Source: Octopus vulgaris
Taxonomy: Eukaryota
NCBI GenBank assembly: GCA_951406725.2
Contig: OX597818.1
Location: forward strand, 128,712,001 to 128,776,000
Direction: 5' to 3'
DNA: 64,000 nucleotides
Shown: positions 50,790-64,000 of the stretch, piece after piece
How the letters are laid out: each line of letters begins with the position of its first letter
Numbering within the stretch: position 1 is the first letter of the stretch
Translations under genes and position numbers: made by a program
Notes under the pieces: model-generated
Told to the model about the DNA's origin: nothing
The model's input: the letters and a program-made list of their open reading frames with translations, nothing else
Databases searched by the model: none

Positions 50790-51130
50790 AGGTGTGTTGT
50801 TTGATGTTAGGGGGCAGTACCCATTATCTTTGCAGGTTTTCTGAGACTGGTTATGTTTGTTAATGTTCCATTTAAACTGTTGTAACAAGACGTGATCAAG
50901 GAGAAGATTCCAGAAAGTTGGTGCTCTGGAGAAGAAGAATGGGTCATAGTGGTTAGTGTAGGCACTGAAGGGTTGGACACAACACAGGTGACGAGAAGTG
51001 GGGAAACAAATAGGTAAGGGCTACCTGAGTTAAGGATGAACAGGACTCTGAAGAACAGAAGCCATTATAGTCGCAATAGAAAAGACAGAGTAGAGACGGT
51101 ATGCCTGTGGGCCAGTGGCTGATTCTTGTT
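50790..51130 (-). mobile_element. Decayed CR1/Jockey-group LINE 3' fragment
   Basis: Minus strand gives QPLAHRHTVSTLS...YNGFCSS with frameshifts, resembling the L.HRR.V.SL..FY.YYNG.CS tail motif. Confidence 0.5.
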
Positions 51131-53446
51131 GTATATCAGCATTTGATTCCTTCATTGGACGACTTAACTTTTGGTGACATAAGGTACCGATAATGTATTT
51201 GTAATGAACCAACATGAAAAACAAAATGGCCTTGATCTAACCAAGATTACTCAGTATTTTTATTACATCAGAAAAATATGTTACTGATTGTGTCCCAGCA
51301 TGACCAGAGAGATAATTGCCATGATCATCATTGATTAATACTACATTGAACAGAGATAATCATATTGGATAGAGATAATTACCATCACCATCATTGTTAA
51401 ACATCCATTTTTCCATGTCTGCATAGGTTGGACAGAATTTGTCAAGGCAGATTTTTTTACAGCCCAATGGTCTTGCTGTTGCCAATATAAATAATATACA
51501 TGTGAGACATAAACATATATTTCATCATCATCATCATCGTCGTTTAACGTCCGTTCTCCATGCTAGCATGGGTTGGACGGTTCGACCGGGGATCTGGGAA
51601 GCCAGAAGGCTGCACCAGGCTCCGGTCTTATCTGGCAACGTTTCTACGGCTGGATGCCCTTCCTAACGCCAACCACTCCGTGAGTGTAGTGGGTGCTTTT
51701 TACGTGCCACCTGCACTGGAGCCAGGCGAGGCTGGCATTGGCCACGGTCGGATTGGTGCATTTTACGTGCCACCTGCACGGAAGCCAGTCGAGGTGGCAC
51801 TGGCTTCGGCCACGATTCGGATGGTGCTTTTTACGTGCCACCGACACGGATATATTTAATTAGACCAACAATTGTAGAGAGACAAATAATGGGCATAGCT
51901 CATTTATTTTCAGAAAGACCAATAACAGTGTTTCATCTTTATTTCCAGAAGACTAATTTTGTTCCATTTCCTCTAATTCTCGCCAGATCTCTATTTGTTC
52001 CACATGCTCTTTTGTATTTCCTATGTATTTCCTACTTCTGAGTCACATCTATTTGTATATATTTATTTACACAAATCAAATTCTATCTGATGTTCTAAAT
52101 CTGTTTCCATTTCTAACAGTTTGTTGTCTAGCAAATCCAGAAACATGAATTACTTTTGCATGCATGTCTGAGTTGGTTAATTCTCATTGATTTAGCCCTT
52201 TAATATTCAGAGTACTCCATCAAATTTAATGCTTTTTGATTCACACTGTTTTGAAGTAATCATGCATTATCTTGTAGCTTTAAGATTTTGATGATGTGGT
52301 TGCTTGTTTTTAGAATGGCATTGTAGGGTAGGTGTGAGAGGCTGAATATGGCCAGTCTGAACATAAAACAAGTAGAATATTTGGGCAGGAAACGGCCGGT
52401 TTAAATACCAAAGGGTTAAAGTATTTTGATGAAAATATTAGAACTTTTCAACTTTCTATGTATTTATTTTTAATTAAATTAAATAACTTCCATACATGTA
52501 TTTATTATATTATTCTTGCTCTTGTTAAACCTATTTTGGCACTTCAATAGTTCTCCATTTCACTTTTCCTCATTTCTTTTCTTCCCCCATTTCTATGTTG
52601 TTGTGTATACAATATGGTAATTGAATGCAAAATAGATTGGTATGTGTGTGTATACTCTTAGTCTTTACTCTTTACTCTTTTACTTGTTTCAGTCATTTGA
52701 CTGCGGCCATGCTGGAGCACCGCCTTTAGTTGAGCAAATCGACCCCGGGACTTATTCTTTGGAAGCCCAGTACTTATTCTATCGGTCTCTTTTGCCGAAC
52801 CGCTAAATGACGGGAACGTAAACACACCAGCATCGGTTGTCAAGCAATGCTAGGGGGACAAACACAGACACACAAACACACACACATACATACATATATA
52901 TATATATATATACATATATACGACAGGCTTCTTTCAGTTTCCGTCTACCAAATCCACTCACAAGGCATTGGTTGGTCCGGGGCTATAGCAGAGGACACTT
53001 GCCCAAGATGCCACGCAGTGGGACTGAAACCGGAATCATGTGGTTGGTTAGCAAGCTACTTACCACACAGTCACTCCTGCACCCCTAATGTGCTTAATTT
53101 GCAGAAAAAGAGTGAAAAATGGTAAGATGCGCAAGAAATAGAGTGGAATCACAAACTAACAGTGAAGATTGATTTCATGTGTTAAAAGCTCTTTAGCTGA
53201 TAGCATATGTTATCTAGGTGAAGGCGGTGAGCTGGCAGAATCGTTAGCACACTGGGTAAAATGCTTAGTGACATTTCGTCCATCTTTATGTTCTGAGTTC
53301 AAATTCCACCAAGGTCGACTTTCATTTGAGCACTGGGGTTGATGTAATTGACTTGTCCCCGTCCCCGAAAACTCAGGCCTTGTGGTACTACCCCACTCCA
53401 AACCCCATGAACTCCATATCTTGGTACCATGGTATTCAAGGCAATA

Positions 53447-53677
53447 AGGCAGCAAGCTGGCAGAAACGTTAGCACGCCGGGCGAAATGCTTAGCGGTATT
53501 TTGTCTGCGTTACGTTGTGAGTTCAAATTCCGCCGAGGTCGACTTTGCCTTTCATCCTTTAGGGGTCGATAAATTAAGTACCAGTTATGCACTGGGGTCG
53601 ATGTAATCGACTTAATACCTATGTCTGTCCTTGTTTGTCCCCTCTGTGTTTAGCCCCTTGTGGGTAATAAAGAAATA
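53447..53677 (+). mobile_element. tRNA-derived SINE family B with Meta-domain-like core (representative copy)
   Basis: GCTGGCAGAAACGTTAGC...GAGTTCAAATTCC...GCCTTTCATCCTTT.GGGGTCGATAAATTAAGTACCAG, with TSD GGTATTCAAGGCA. Copies at ~7967-8182, 28023-28280(-), 33758-33990 and 60860-61053(-), plus many old degenerate copies (dense at 54.8-56.7 kb). Confidence 0.85.
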
Positions 53678-53993
53678 GGTATTCAAGGCATTATTTCCTT
53701 TCACTAATGCAGCATAAAGCATTAAGTTATGCATGCAAGTATAAGGGAAGAAATCACTGAAATAAGGGGCTTAAGTTGAAGTATTTATAAACCAGAACAA
53801 TATTTTTGAACTATACACTTATTTATGACTAATGTTGTTAACACACTGCTGTTGTTACTGTTTTAGCTTCTTTTTTTATATATATATTTTTAAATATATT
53901 TTCTTCACTATAATCCACATCCATGCCCATATAGATTATGTTTTTTCCATGACAGGTTCTTCATTTTTACATATTGGATGGCCTGCTAGGTAA

Positions 53994-54116
53994 ATGGAGA
54001 CAGCAACTTCAGAAGCTTCTGGGAAATCAGAAGGAAAACCATGGACCAATATCTTAGTGGAATCTTCTGCTTTGGATCAGCTGAAGGTGCCACTTCAGGG
54101 ATCTTCTCGCCTAAAG
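53994..54116 (+). CDS. HPS5: HPS5 (BLOC-2 subunit) first coding exon
   Basis: Acceptor gacag|g at 53956, ATG at 53994. Encodes METATSEASGKSEGKPWTNILVESSALDQLKVPLQGSSRLK, donor AAG|gtatgt. Resembles the HPS5 N-terminus (HVLAEFESLDPL...SSRLK). Too short for the ORF track. Confidence 0.8.
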
Positions 54117-55578
54117 GTATGTCACCTGTAGTTATTGTCGCTAGTCTTTTTAACAGTATTTTGTTTATATGTGGGTATGTGTGTGTGTGTGGCAAGTGAC
54201 CAAGTGAAGTGGGTACCAGATAGTTTATAATTTGTTTATATCACCAGCCAGGCATTAGAATTGATTCAATTTGCCTGATATTGTATCTAGCAAAGACAGT
54301 TCATTCTTAAAAAGCCAGTCTACTAGCTATATCAGTCAAGTACTAAGGGTGATTTAACTTGTTGTGAGTACTGCATTATACCTGGCCGAAACTTTTAATT
54401 CCTAAAATGCCCAGTCTACTTGTTAAGTAGTGGGGTTGATCTTTTGCTGTCCCTTGCTCTCTGTCTGTCTGTCTGTCTCTTTGTCTCTCTCTCTCTCTCT
54501 GTCTCTCATACATACAAACACAGAATCAACTGAACCAAGTTTTGAGAAGGATATAGAGGGGTCCACACAGTATCCATTTACTAGAACTACATGGACATAG
54601 ATGTGGATAATTGATTTAGTGGGGTCTTGGCCAACCAGCTTAGAGACCAACGTTTTGTATTCTTACATGTATGTGTGTATGTGTGGTCCTCCTATGACCA
54701 AACTAACCTGTGTCCAACTGGCAACATTTGTAATTTTTATCACTGTTGTCAGAATTGTTAAAGTATCAAATAAAATGCCTTTGCAGTGATTGTTCTAAGT
54801 TCAAATTCTGTCAAGAGCATCTTTGCTTTTCATCCTTCCAGGATTATTAAAATAAGTACCAGTAAACTACTGGGGTTGATAGAATTAGCTATACCCATCC
54901 TATAAATTTGAAGCTTCGTGTTTATATTGGAAATGGTTATTTTTACAATGGATTGATTTAAGGGATAGTTTGATTGGAAAAACCGTGAGAACCTTAGAAA
55001 AAAAATGCCTTGTAGCATTTATGTTCAGAGTTCAGATTCCACCGAGACCAACTTTGCTTTTTATCCCTCTGGCATCAATAAAATAAAGTCCAGTCAAGTA
55101 CTGAGGCTGATTTAATTAACTAACCCCTTCCTCGAATTTCTAGCCTTGTCCTTTTGTTAGAAATTTAAAGGTGGTGAATTGGCTGAATTGTTAGGGCATC
55201 AGACAGAATACCTTCTGGTATTTGCTCTGGTTCTTTACTTTCCAAGTTCAAATCTGGTTAGGGTAAACTTTACCTTTACATCCCTCCAGGATTGATAAAA
55301 GACAGTACAAGTCAAGTACTGAGGTCAGTGGATTCAAGTAATCCCCTCCCTCATCAAAATTACTGGCTTTATGCCTAAATCAGAAACTATTGTTAGTATT
55401 ATGGGAGAGGAGGTAGGATCATTTGGACATTGGACAAAATGCCTTGCAGTATTTAGCTCGTATTCTGAATTGAAATCCTGCCTTTCATCCTTCCAGGGTT
55501 GATTAAGTAAGTGCTAGTCAAGTCCTGGGTTTGATATAATTGACTGTTTCCTCCTCTTGGTACCAATGTAAGAACTTA

Positions 55579-55930
55579 TTATTACTTCTTCCTTAGTGAA
55601 GGAGGAGGTATTGTGTCCAGTCGTGGACAAGATATCTCGAGAATCACTGGTTGGATTCGGATGAAACTTCCAGGGATGTTTGGTCTCATGACTGGCAAGA
55701 ACTGATTAAATTTTGGGATTCATCCAGTATCAGACAAGAATTCTGGATTATTTTTCCTGTTTTTTTCACTTAATTTTTGAGAGCAGTTGGGTTCATTTTT
55801 AGTATTTTTGGTTGTGAGAACATTTGAGTTTATTTCACATATTCTCATTTTAAAAATCATCTCTGGCTAATCGTTGATAAGACGTTGGTGTTGCCTTGGC
55901 AGAGGTTTGCACTCTCTAAGTGCTCTTGTT
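55579..55930 (+). mobile_element. Helentron-associated non-autonomous element (HINE/DINE-like)
   Basis: 5' ttattacttcttcctt-agtg-aaggaggaggta hairpin. 3' sub-terminal ttggcagaggt followed by the gcact...agtgc hairpin and T-rich ends. Confidence 0.6.
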
Positions 55931-57444
55931 ATTAAGATTGTAAGCTGGCAGACTTGTTAACAAGCCAAGCAAAATGCTTAATAGTATTTTGTCTGTCTTT
56001 ACATTCTGAGTTCAAATTCTGCCAGGGTTGACTTTGCCTTGCATACTTTTGGGGTTAATAAAATAAATACCATTTGAGTACTAGGGTCACTGTAATCAAC
56101 TATCTGCCACCCCCTCCAAAAAAAATTGCACGCCTTGTTCCTATAGTAGAAAAGGTTGTTGTTGTTGAAGGAGGGGAGTGGCTTGACAGAATCAGTTGAG
56201 CTGTAGAAGAATGCCTTGTGGTGTTTGATGATATCCTTTTATTGTTGTAAGTTCAAATTTTGTCTTGAGTTAAATTTTTGGAATCAATAAACTGAATACC
56301 AGTGAAATTCTAGAATTGATGTAAATGAATACACTTCATTCAGTACAAATTTCTGACTTTATGAATTCTGTTTGAAATATTATTCTGCCTTCCCCATTAC
56401 CTAAATTTGAGAGCTTGTACTTCTGTTAGAATCTCAATCAAGAGGTTTTGCTGTATTTAGCACATCCTTTTATGTCCAGAGTTCAAATTCCATTGGAGGA
56501 ATAATTTTGTTTGTCCTAGAGTTGATAAAATAAGTATTAGTTAATTACTGAGTTGATTTAATTGGTTTCCACTTGCCATAGTCTTCTTCCTTGTACCTTA
56601 GTCAGAAATCACTCAGTGAAATAATGAGGTTAATTTAATTAGCTGTTCCCTTTCCCATTGCCAAATTGTAGCCTTGTACGCAAGTTACAAGCCATTATTA
56701 TTATAAAAACTAATCTTTGCAAATAAAAGGGTAGTTCCTTTGTATTTGAGAGAGAATGTCATCATCATACCTGCCTTGTATGGGTTGGACAGGTTCTCTT
56801 CAATATAACATCATAATACTTGTTTTGTTCTTTTGTCCTTTGTGAGATTCAAAGTTCTGAGATCAGCTTTTGCTATTTCATCAATCTTTTTCTTCCTCAG
56901 TATCCTTCTGTTTGGATCTTGTGGCAGTTATTTCTGTATTTTAATTATCCGTATGTTTTACATGTCCTGTAAAAACAAGTGTTTGAGGATTTGCTGGAAT
57001 TAGTGTTCACTTGATACTCACGAATCTTGGACTAGTTGTGTGAGAGAGAAAAGATGTCAGAAAATTTTTGGAAGTTGCTCACAAAGCAAACCATTGAGTC
57101 TGGCTCAAGAGGAAAGATGAGTATTGCTGCAAGTACAAGCACTGAGGATGGTAGAAACTGCTAATCAAGAGTCACAATGTGTGACTCAACAAAGCTTTCA
57201 CTTTTGTGTGGGATATTTACTGCCTACATTGATGGGTGGCACTGAGCAACTCTACTATCATGAAGGAAGGGGTCAAAAAAACATAGAGAGCATTTGGAGA
57301 CAGAGTACAGCAACACATTCACTACATAAGTGTTTACACTAAATTGTCATCTCTCTCGCACTCTCCATCTGATATACCCTGTATTTTTCTCCACTATTAA
57401 GACTTTGTAGCTGATTTAAAAAATCATTATTTTCTCTATTTTAG

Positions 57445-57558
57445 TATACCTGTATCTCAGTATCTCGAAGATATGTTGCTCTTGGCAGCAACACAGGTGG
57501 TGTCTATGTATTCGGCAGGCAGAATTTCAACAACTTACGTGTAGTATTTGCAGATATG
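57445..57558 (+). CDS. HPS5: HPS5 second coding exon (N-terminal WD40/beta-propeller)
   Basis: ttttag|TAT; encodes YTCISVSRRYVALGSNTGGVYVFGRQNFNNLRVVFADM, donor ATG|gtaagt. Resembles HPS5 CTSIAVSRKWLALGSSGGG. The gene continues beyond the window. Confidence 0.85.
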
Positions 57559-60157
57559 GTAAGTTTGGTTTGTCAGTTTTTTCTTCTTTATTCATTATTT
57601 TCCTTACAATTTGCATTTATTTTATTTATCATTATCTATCTATATTTATTTATTTTTCTTTATGAACATTGGCCATTTTTACACTTATTGTTGTTTCTCT
57701 CTTTTTTATATTTTCATTTTTGACATAGTTTATAAGGGTCTCTATTATATACATATTGTTTTCAATGTTGTCTTGAATTACAGAATTCATGATAATCATC
57801 ATCAACAGCAGCACCATTATCATTATATTAACATCCTTTTTATTATCATCATCGTCATTGTTCTCATTATCATCATCATCTGTATCACCAGTTAGTAAAC
57901 CTTTAGATTTTTATGCTACGAAACTGCCTATTTTAAAGTGTTCACTCTCATATTAAACTTTCCATCATACTTTTATATAAGAACATTTTGTTAACATATG
58001 TTCCAATCACTGTTGACATCATCATCATAAGTTGGTTTTTCCGTCTCCTGTCCAGAGCTGTATTGCTCTCTCAGCTGCTTTATAGAACCTTACACTCTAC
58101 TGAGCCAATGCTTGTTTCCAGTTTCTAGTTTATATGGTGTTAAGCAAATGAGGTGTCTATCAACTGTAATATTTCCTCTGGGAGAAACTGATCACAACAT
58201 TGCAAGTCAATAAAATATTCATAAATGTTTATAATATTACTGCTTCTTAGAGGATGAGGATATACAAGTTCTAATGACACTGAAAGATCACAGAGTAATT
58301 CTAGAGCTGTTTCTTATCATGGCTGCAGGATAGAAACCCAAGTTTTACACATGCGCCAGTGAAAGCTATAGTCCTGTGTCTGTTTACAGCTTAGACATTT
58401 GAGAGTTAAGTATCTTATCCAAGGATACAACACATCGCTAGTTGTTTGATACCTTACTGATTCAACCATCTAAACTATCAGTAAAGATATAAAGCACTAG
58501 AAATATGTAAATGCCTCCAAACATTTTAAGAATTTATAAAAACAAATTCTTGCCTATGGTTTCATTGAGCAGATATGAGATGAATTTTGACCTAGATTAG
58601 ACATCACTTTTATCTCAAACATTTCTATAAGATCTGGTGTCTATTTCTAACTGCTTGGTGAATAATTAAGCCCTAGAGTGCGAAGCATACTGTAATGAAA
58701 AAAATACTATTCATGAATTTGAACTCGTGATTTTGAACTCATGAACTTATAACTTTCCTGCTTAGCTACTTTGCTTTTGTATATAATTCAGCATTTGTGG
58801 TAGGATTTTCATCTGTAGTCCCTAGGGATAGTTGTGTAGTTAACAAATTTTGTGTGTGTGTATGTGTACATACATACATGTACACACACAAACACAACTC
58901 GTATATCTCGTGACTGTTACATTACACAACTCGTGAGTGTTACATTACAACATTCAGAGCAGAACACCAAGTTCACAATATCTTCCACATATTTTTTTTA
59001 GAAACATTGCACTGTTTTAAGGATTACATCATGGATACCTAGCCAGAACTAACATTTCTTAAAATTGGAATAGAAGTTTGTGCCACTAGTTGGTGGCTAG
59101 TTGATAGTATATTCACAAACTAAGTATATTTTACATCTTCTTGTATTAAGATTTGGGATAACTGGTTGAAGTTAAAGCCATTAATGTTTAACCCTTTAGC
59201 ATTTAAACTGACCATGTTCAGCCCAAATATCAAACCTGTTTTATGTTCAAGCAAGCCGGATCCAGCCTCTCATTCCTACCCTACACCGACATTCTAAAAC
59301 TACAGCCATATCATCAAAATATCACAGCTGCAAGATTATGCACATTTAATTCAAGACAATGTGGCTAAATAGTCATTACATTAGATAGAGTAATTTGAAT
59401 GCTAAAGGATTAATTAACTATATTTTAATCATCACTACATATAGGCGTAGGAGTGGCTGTGTGGTAAGTAGCTTGCTTACCAACCACATGGTTCCGGGTT
59501 CAGTCCCACTGCGTGGCACCTTGGGCAAGTGTCTTCTACTATAGCCTCGGGCCGACCAAAGCCTTGTGAGTGGATTTGGTAGACGGAAACTGAGAGAAGC
59601 CCGTCGTATATATGTATATATATATGTGTGTGTGTGTGTTTGTGTGTCTGTGTTTGTCCCCCGTGTCCCCCTAGCATTGCTTGACAACCGATGCTAGTGT
59701 GTTTATGTCCCCGTTACTTAGCGGTTCGGCAAAAGAGACCGATAGAATAAGTACTGGGCTTACAAAAGAATAAGTTCCGAGGTTAATTTGCTCGGTTAAA
59801 GGCGCTGCTCCAGCATGGCCACAGTCAAATGACTGAAACTAGTAAAAGAGTAAGCAATGATGATTAAAATTTAAGTATGGACAGTTATACTTAACAAGTT
59901 CAGTACACTGAAGCAAGACAACTTTTTTCTAAAGTTGTCTTGGGACAGAAATTCCTATGGACAATGTGTTTGAAAAATACATTACTGGGTTATAAAACAT
60001 GTCATAAATAGGATGTGGGTCTGTGTTGTTATGTTTCATCAGCTATGGACACAAAATCAGTCATTTATAGTCCACTAAGAACTGCTGTTCTTATAGTGAA
60101 ACAGCAAATAATAAATTTTCTGATGTGTGTAAAGCTGGAATTAATTAAGTAGAGGTA

Positions 60158-60461
60158 TGTCGCCCTTTTCAAGCCTAGCCAGGCTCATGGGTCCGGTTTC
60201 TTGGTTTCTGTGGCGTATGTGTTCCCCCCAGCTGGACGGGACGCCAGTCCATCGCAGCATTACTCAAGAAACAGGAAGAGAGAGTGAGAGAAAGTTGTGG
60301 CGAAAGAGTACAACAGGGGTCGCCACCACCCCCTGCTGGTGCCTCATGGAGCTTTTAGGTGTTTTCGCTCAATAAACACACACAACGGCCGGTCTGGGAA
60401 TAGAAACCACGATCCTCCGACCATGAGTTCGCTGCCCTAACCACTGGGCCATTGCGCCTCC
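60158..60461 (-). mobile_element. tRNA-derived SINE family C (representative copy)
   Basis: Head GGAGGCGCAATGGCCCAGTGGTTAGGGCAGCG...; TSD AAGTAGAGGTA at 60147-60157 and 60462-60472. Related copies at ~2204-2482, 12754-13135 and 32400-32650. Confidence 0.85.
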
Positions 60462-61242
60462 AAGTAGAGGTACACTAAGCAGAAATAGTTGTAATATAGG
60501 TGGGTTCAATTATATTTAACATGTTTTTATTCACTCAACTGTAAAAAGACTTCCACTGAAAAAAAATCTGTCTAGGGGCAGGTATGAGATATTTTGGCAC
60601 AGCTTTTTTTGGTGCTGCCTACTTGGCATCGCCAATTCAATGCTGACTTATTTGACATCAGATAGTATAGTGTTTCTCTCATTCTCTCCCTCCTCCCCTT
60701 CATCTCTCTCACTGTTTTTGTGTGTGTGCATACTTCTCTCTATGTGTATGAGGAGGCAGAAAGTGTTTTTGTCAATCATGTTTAATTAATAAATTGTAAT
60801 TGCTCCCTCCCCCCTCTCTCTCTTCCTCTTTCATTCTTTCTGTCTGTATGTATATATTTCTTATTTCTTTATTGCCCACAAGGGGCTAAACATTGAGGGG
60901 GACAAACAAGAACAGACAAAGGGATTAAGTTGATTACATTGACCCCAGTGCATAACTGGTACTTTATTTATCGACCCCGAAAGGTTGAAAGGCAAAGTTG
61001 ACCTCGGCGTAATTTGAACTCAGAACGTAGCGATTCTGCCAGCTCGCCGCCTTATGTATGTATATATTTCTGGAAGTGCATGCATATATGTGTATTTGCT
61101 TCGAGTGCCAAAAAATATTGTTGCTAAAACAGGCTGAATGTCCAGTTAGCCAGGCTAAGTTATCAGTGTCCAAACACTTGTGCCCAGTTGTCTCATTATG
61201 TGCTTCAAGACCTTATTAAAAGGTTAGCAGATGTTCTGGACC

Positions 61243-61757
61243 ATCGCTTCTCGGCCTTTTGGCTAAGATCAAAGTGTAGTGACGCCATGGTGATCTCATT
61301 CTTGCTCACAACATCATAAGCGGAAAGTGTAACCTCTCGAAAGAGCTGTTCTTCACTCCTGCTCCAGAGCGTCGGCTGCGGGGTCATTCCGCAAAGCTCT
61401 ATCTGCGACGAGTTCATCTCAATCGAAGGAGAGGGGCTTTCTCCGTCCGGGTTGCGGATCCGTGGAATAAGCTGCCGGATGAGATAGTGATGCCGACGAC
61501 CGCTCGGTTCAAAGTCTCCCTTGACCAGAAATGGCCTGAACTCTTTACATGAACACCACCCTGTACATAACTCCATGTCCCCCTACATGGCCTTGCTTTT
61601 TGCTTTTTGAGCCAAAAAATTAACTAACTGATACGGCTCCTACCTAGGGCCATCGATATTAAACTGATTTTTAGAACAAGGTGAAGTGTTAGAGGCCTGC
61701 TCCGCCTTTGCCACGGGTTGGTCTGGTATTGCAGTGCTTCCAGGATTCAGCCCATCT
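61243..61757 (+). pseudogene. U2 snRNA pseudogene interrupted by a LINE fragment
   Basis: 61243-61280 = ATCGCTTCTCGGCCTTTTGGCTAAGATCAAAGTGTAGT (U2 nt 1-38). U2 resumes at ~61628 (CTGATACG...ATATTAAACTGATTTTTAG...GGTATTGCAGT...CCAGGA), followed by an A-run. Confidence 0.92.
61281..61627 (+). mobile_element. 5'-truncated CR1/L2-group LINE 3' end inside U2
   Basis: 61283-61552 translates RHGDLILAHNII...RLRGHSAKL...RRGAFSVRVADPWNKLPDEIV...FKVSLD*, the typical CR1 ORF2 C-terminus. Short 3' UTR ends in TAACTAAC. Confidence 0.85.
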
Positions 61758-62496
61758 CCCACCCGGGAAATACAAAAAAAAAAAAAGATATTTTAGCCCT
61801 TAGCAAACTAAACATTTTAACCTTTTATTATTTAACGCATTAAGTGCTGGGATTTGCACTTACATAGCATGGACTGCTAAGCACGTTTTATGAGAATGAG
61901 ACTACCATGCAAACATAAAAAACAAAAAATAGTTAAAATATCTTCTTAGTATATAATGGTGGCAAGTTTTATATCATCTGAAGAGTCACTAGTTGAACTA
62001 TTAGTCCTCTTGTATTCTGGTGGGTGTCAGAGCATTTGAGTGACATCAGACCCCAACAAACACCCATAAATTAAATGCATTTATCTGGGCCACGATCGTG
62101 GCCTGTCAACCTGTGCCTGACTGCTATGATCGTGGCCTGTTGTGCTTTATGTGTTAATCCAACCGTATCCAGCCTAAATATTTTACTTGTTTTATGTTCA
62201 ACCTGGCCAGATTTGGCTTCTTACTCCTACTCCAGATTGTCATTTTAAAAATAAATAATCATGTTATCGAAATCTCAAAGCTACAAGATAATACGTAATT
62301 AATTGAAAACAATGTGAATAAATAAGCATTACATATGACAGAGTCATCCAAATACTAAAAGGCTAAAAAAACCACATGGTTCCGGGTTCAGTCCCACTGC
62401 GTGGCACCTTGGGCAAGTGTCTTCTACTATAGCCTCGGGCCGACCAAAGCCTTGTGAGTGGATTTGGTAGACGGAAACTGAAAGAAGCCCGTCGTA

Positions 62497-62527
<31 letters not shown>

Positions 62528-64000
62528 GCGTGTGTGTGTTTGTGTGTCTGTGTTTGTCCCCCTAGCATTGCTTGACAACCGATGCTGGTGTGTTTATGTC
62601 CCCGTTACTTAGCGGTTCGGCAAAAGAGACCGATAGAATAAGTACTGGGCTTACAAAAGAATAAGTCCCGGGGTCGAGTTGCTCGACTAAAGGCGGTGCT
62701 CCAGCATGGCCGCAGTCAAATGACTGAAACATGTAAAAGAGTAAAATATATAGTGAATCAGTGTTTGTTATATGAAGAAAATGAGATTTCTATGATGGTT
62801 TGTTAGAAATTGTTAGCTTTATCATAGATACAAACTGTAATGTGTGTTGTTAATAAATTGGAGGTTTGTAGTGTTGTGGTTTTGTTTCATTGAACTCCAG
62901 AGTGCTAATCATGTTTTTCTTAACATAGCTCAGAGTTCATAATGATAGACTGTTGCTGATCATATGATCATGAATTCATATCTCACTGTTTTTCCTGAAT
63001 ATAATAAATGTGTCAATTTTAATTAGCTAGAATAATACAGGTATAATTAAATGCATTCATCTTAATATTTGCAATTTTTTTTTTTTTTCTGTTGAGTGTT
63101 TGGTTATAGGAATGGAATCTAGTTGTATTATGGTTGATAAATGATCAAACAATATTTGTAGAGATATCGGAGTTTGTAAAAATTATCCAACCCATTTAGT
63201 ACAAGTAGGCGCAGGAGTGGCTGTGTGGTAAGTAGCTTGTTTACCAACCACATGGTTCCGGGTTCAGTCCCGCTGTGTGGCACCTTGGGCAAGTGTCTTC
63301 TACTATAGCCTCGGGCCAACCAAAGCCTTGTGAGTGGATTTGGTAGACGGAAACTGAAAGAAGCCTGTCGTATATATATATATATATATATGCATGTGTG
63401 AGTGTGTTTGTCCCCCTAGCATTGCTTGACAACCGATGCTGGTGTGTTTATGTCCCCGTTACTTAGTGGTTCGGCGAAAGAGACCGATAGAATAAGTACT
63501 GGGCTTACAAAAAGAATAAGTCCCGGGGTTGAGTTGCTCGATTAAAGGCGGTGCTCCAGCATGGCCGCAGTTAAATGACTGAAACAAGTAAAAGAGTAAA
63601 GAGTAAAAGAGTTGTTGTTTAACCCTAGGTCAACTCTGACTGAACAAAATTATGATCAAAGACATTCTTTAAGCCATGACCATCCCATCTTTTATTATTC
63701 AAGCGTCTTGGACCACATCATCCAATGTTTCCTTCCCTTTTTAAAACAGGTGATTTGATTGAGATATGGTTACCATTTCTAGCTGGTTGAGTGACCTCAT
63801 ACAGACTCTGTCATTGACATCTATATTGAGTTGTTAGATCAAGTAATTACATAGTCACTCTTTAGTTGATTTAGTAATAAAATTGATGTTGGTAGTGAGG
63901 TATTTTTCAAAAAGTGTTTTTACATGTGGTCTACCAGATAAAATTTGGATACATATTCTACCTTTCAATGACAGTCCCTTGAAAATTATTATGTTTGTAT

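Noticed and set aside
61243-61757. Functional U2 snRNA gene
   Set aside because: Interrupted, missing ~22 nt including part of stem IIa, altered Sm site (ATTTTTAG), and no recognisable PSE.

Overview
AT-rich, microsatellite- and SINE-dense animal genomic DNA. The repeat landscape suggests a coleoid cephalopod, probably Octopus (inference). Three protein-coding genes are supported by GT-AG boundaries, exon phase and recognisable motifs: the last five coding exons of CCAR1 (+, 1106-8850), a complete two-exon MMAA (-, 27590-19755, 378 aa), and the first two coding exons of HPS5 (+, 53994-57558). The rest is mobile DNA: several SINE families, RTE and CR1-type LINE fragments, Helitrons, a Helentron-type HINE, piggyBac-type MITEs, mariner/Tc1 remnants and Penelope-like fragments. 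Most notable non-gene signals: (1) a U2 snRNA copy split at nt 38 by a CR1-clade LINE 3' end; (2) minimal type-I hammerhead ribozyme motifs, two of them in the arms of a ~550-bp palindrome; (3) a 5S rRNA head fused to a SINE tail (SINE3 candidate); (4) a GG...CC MITE with an 8-bp TSD plus a related ~840-bp foldback just upstream of MMAA; (5) a SINE flanked by a ~165-bp direct duplication. All calls come from reading the sequence and recalled family motifs; no database searches were run.
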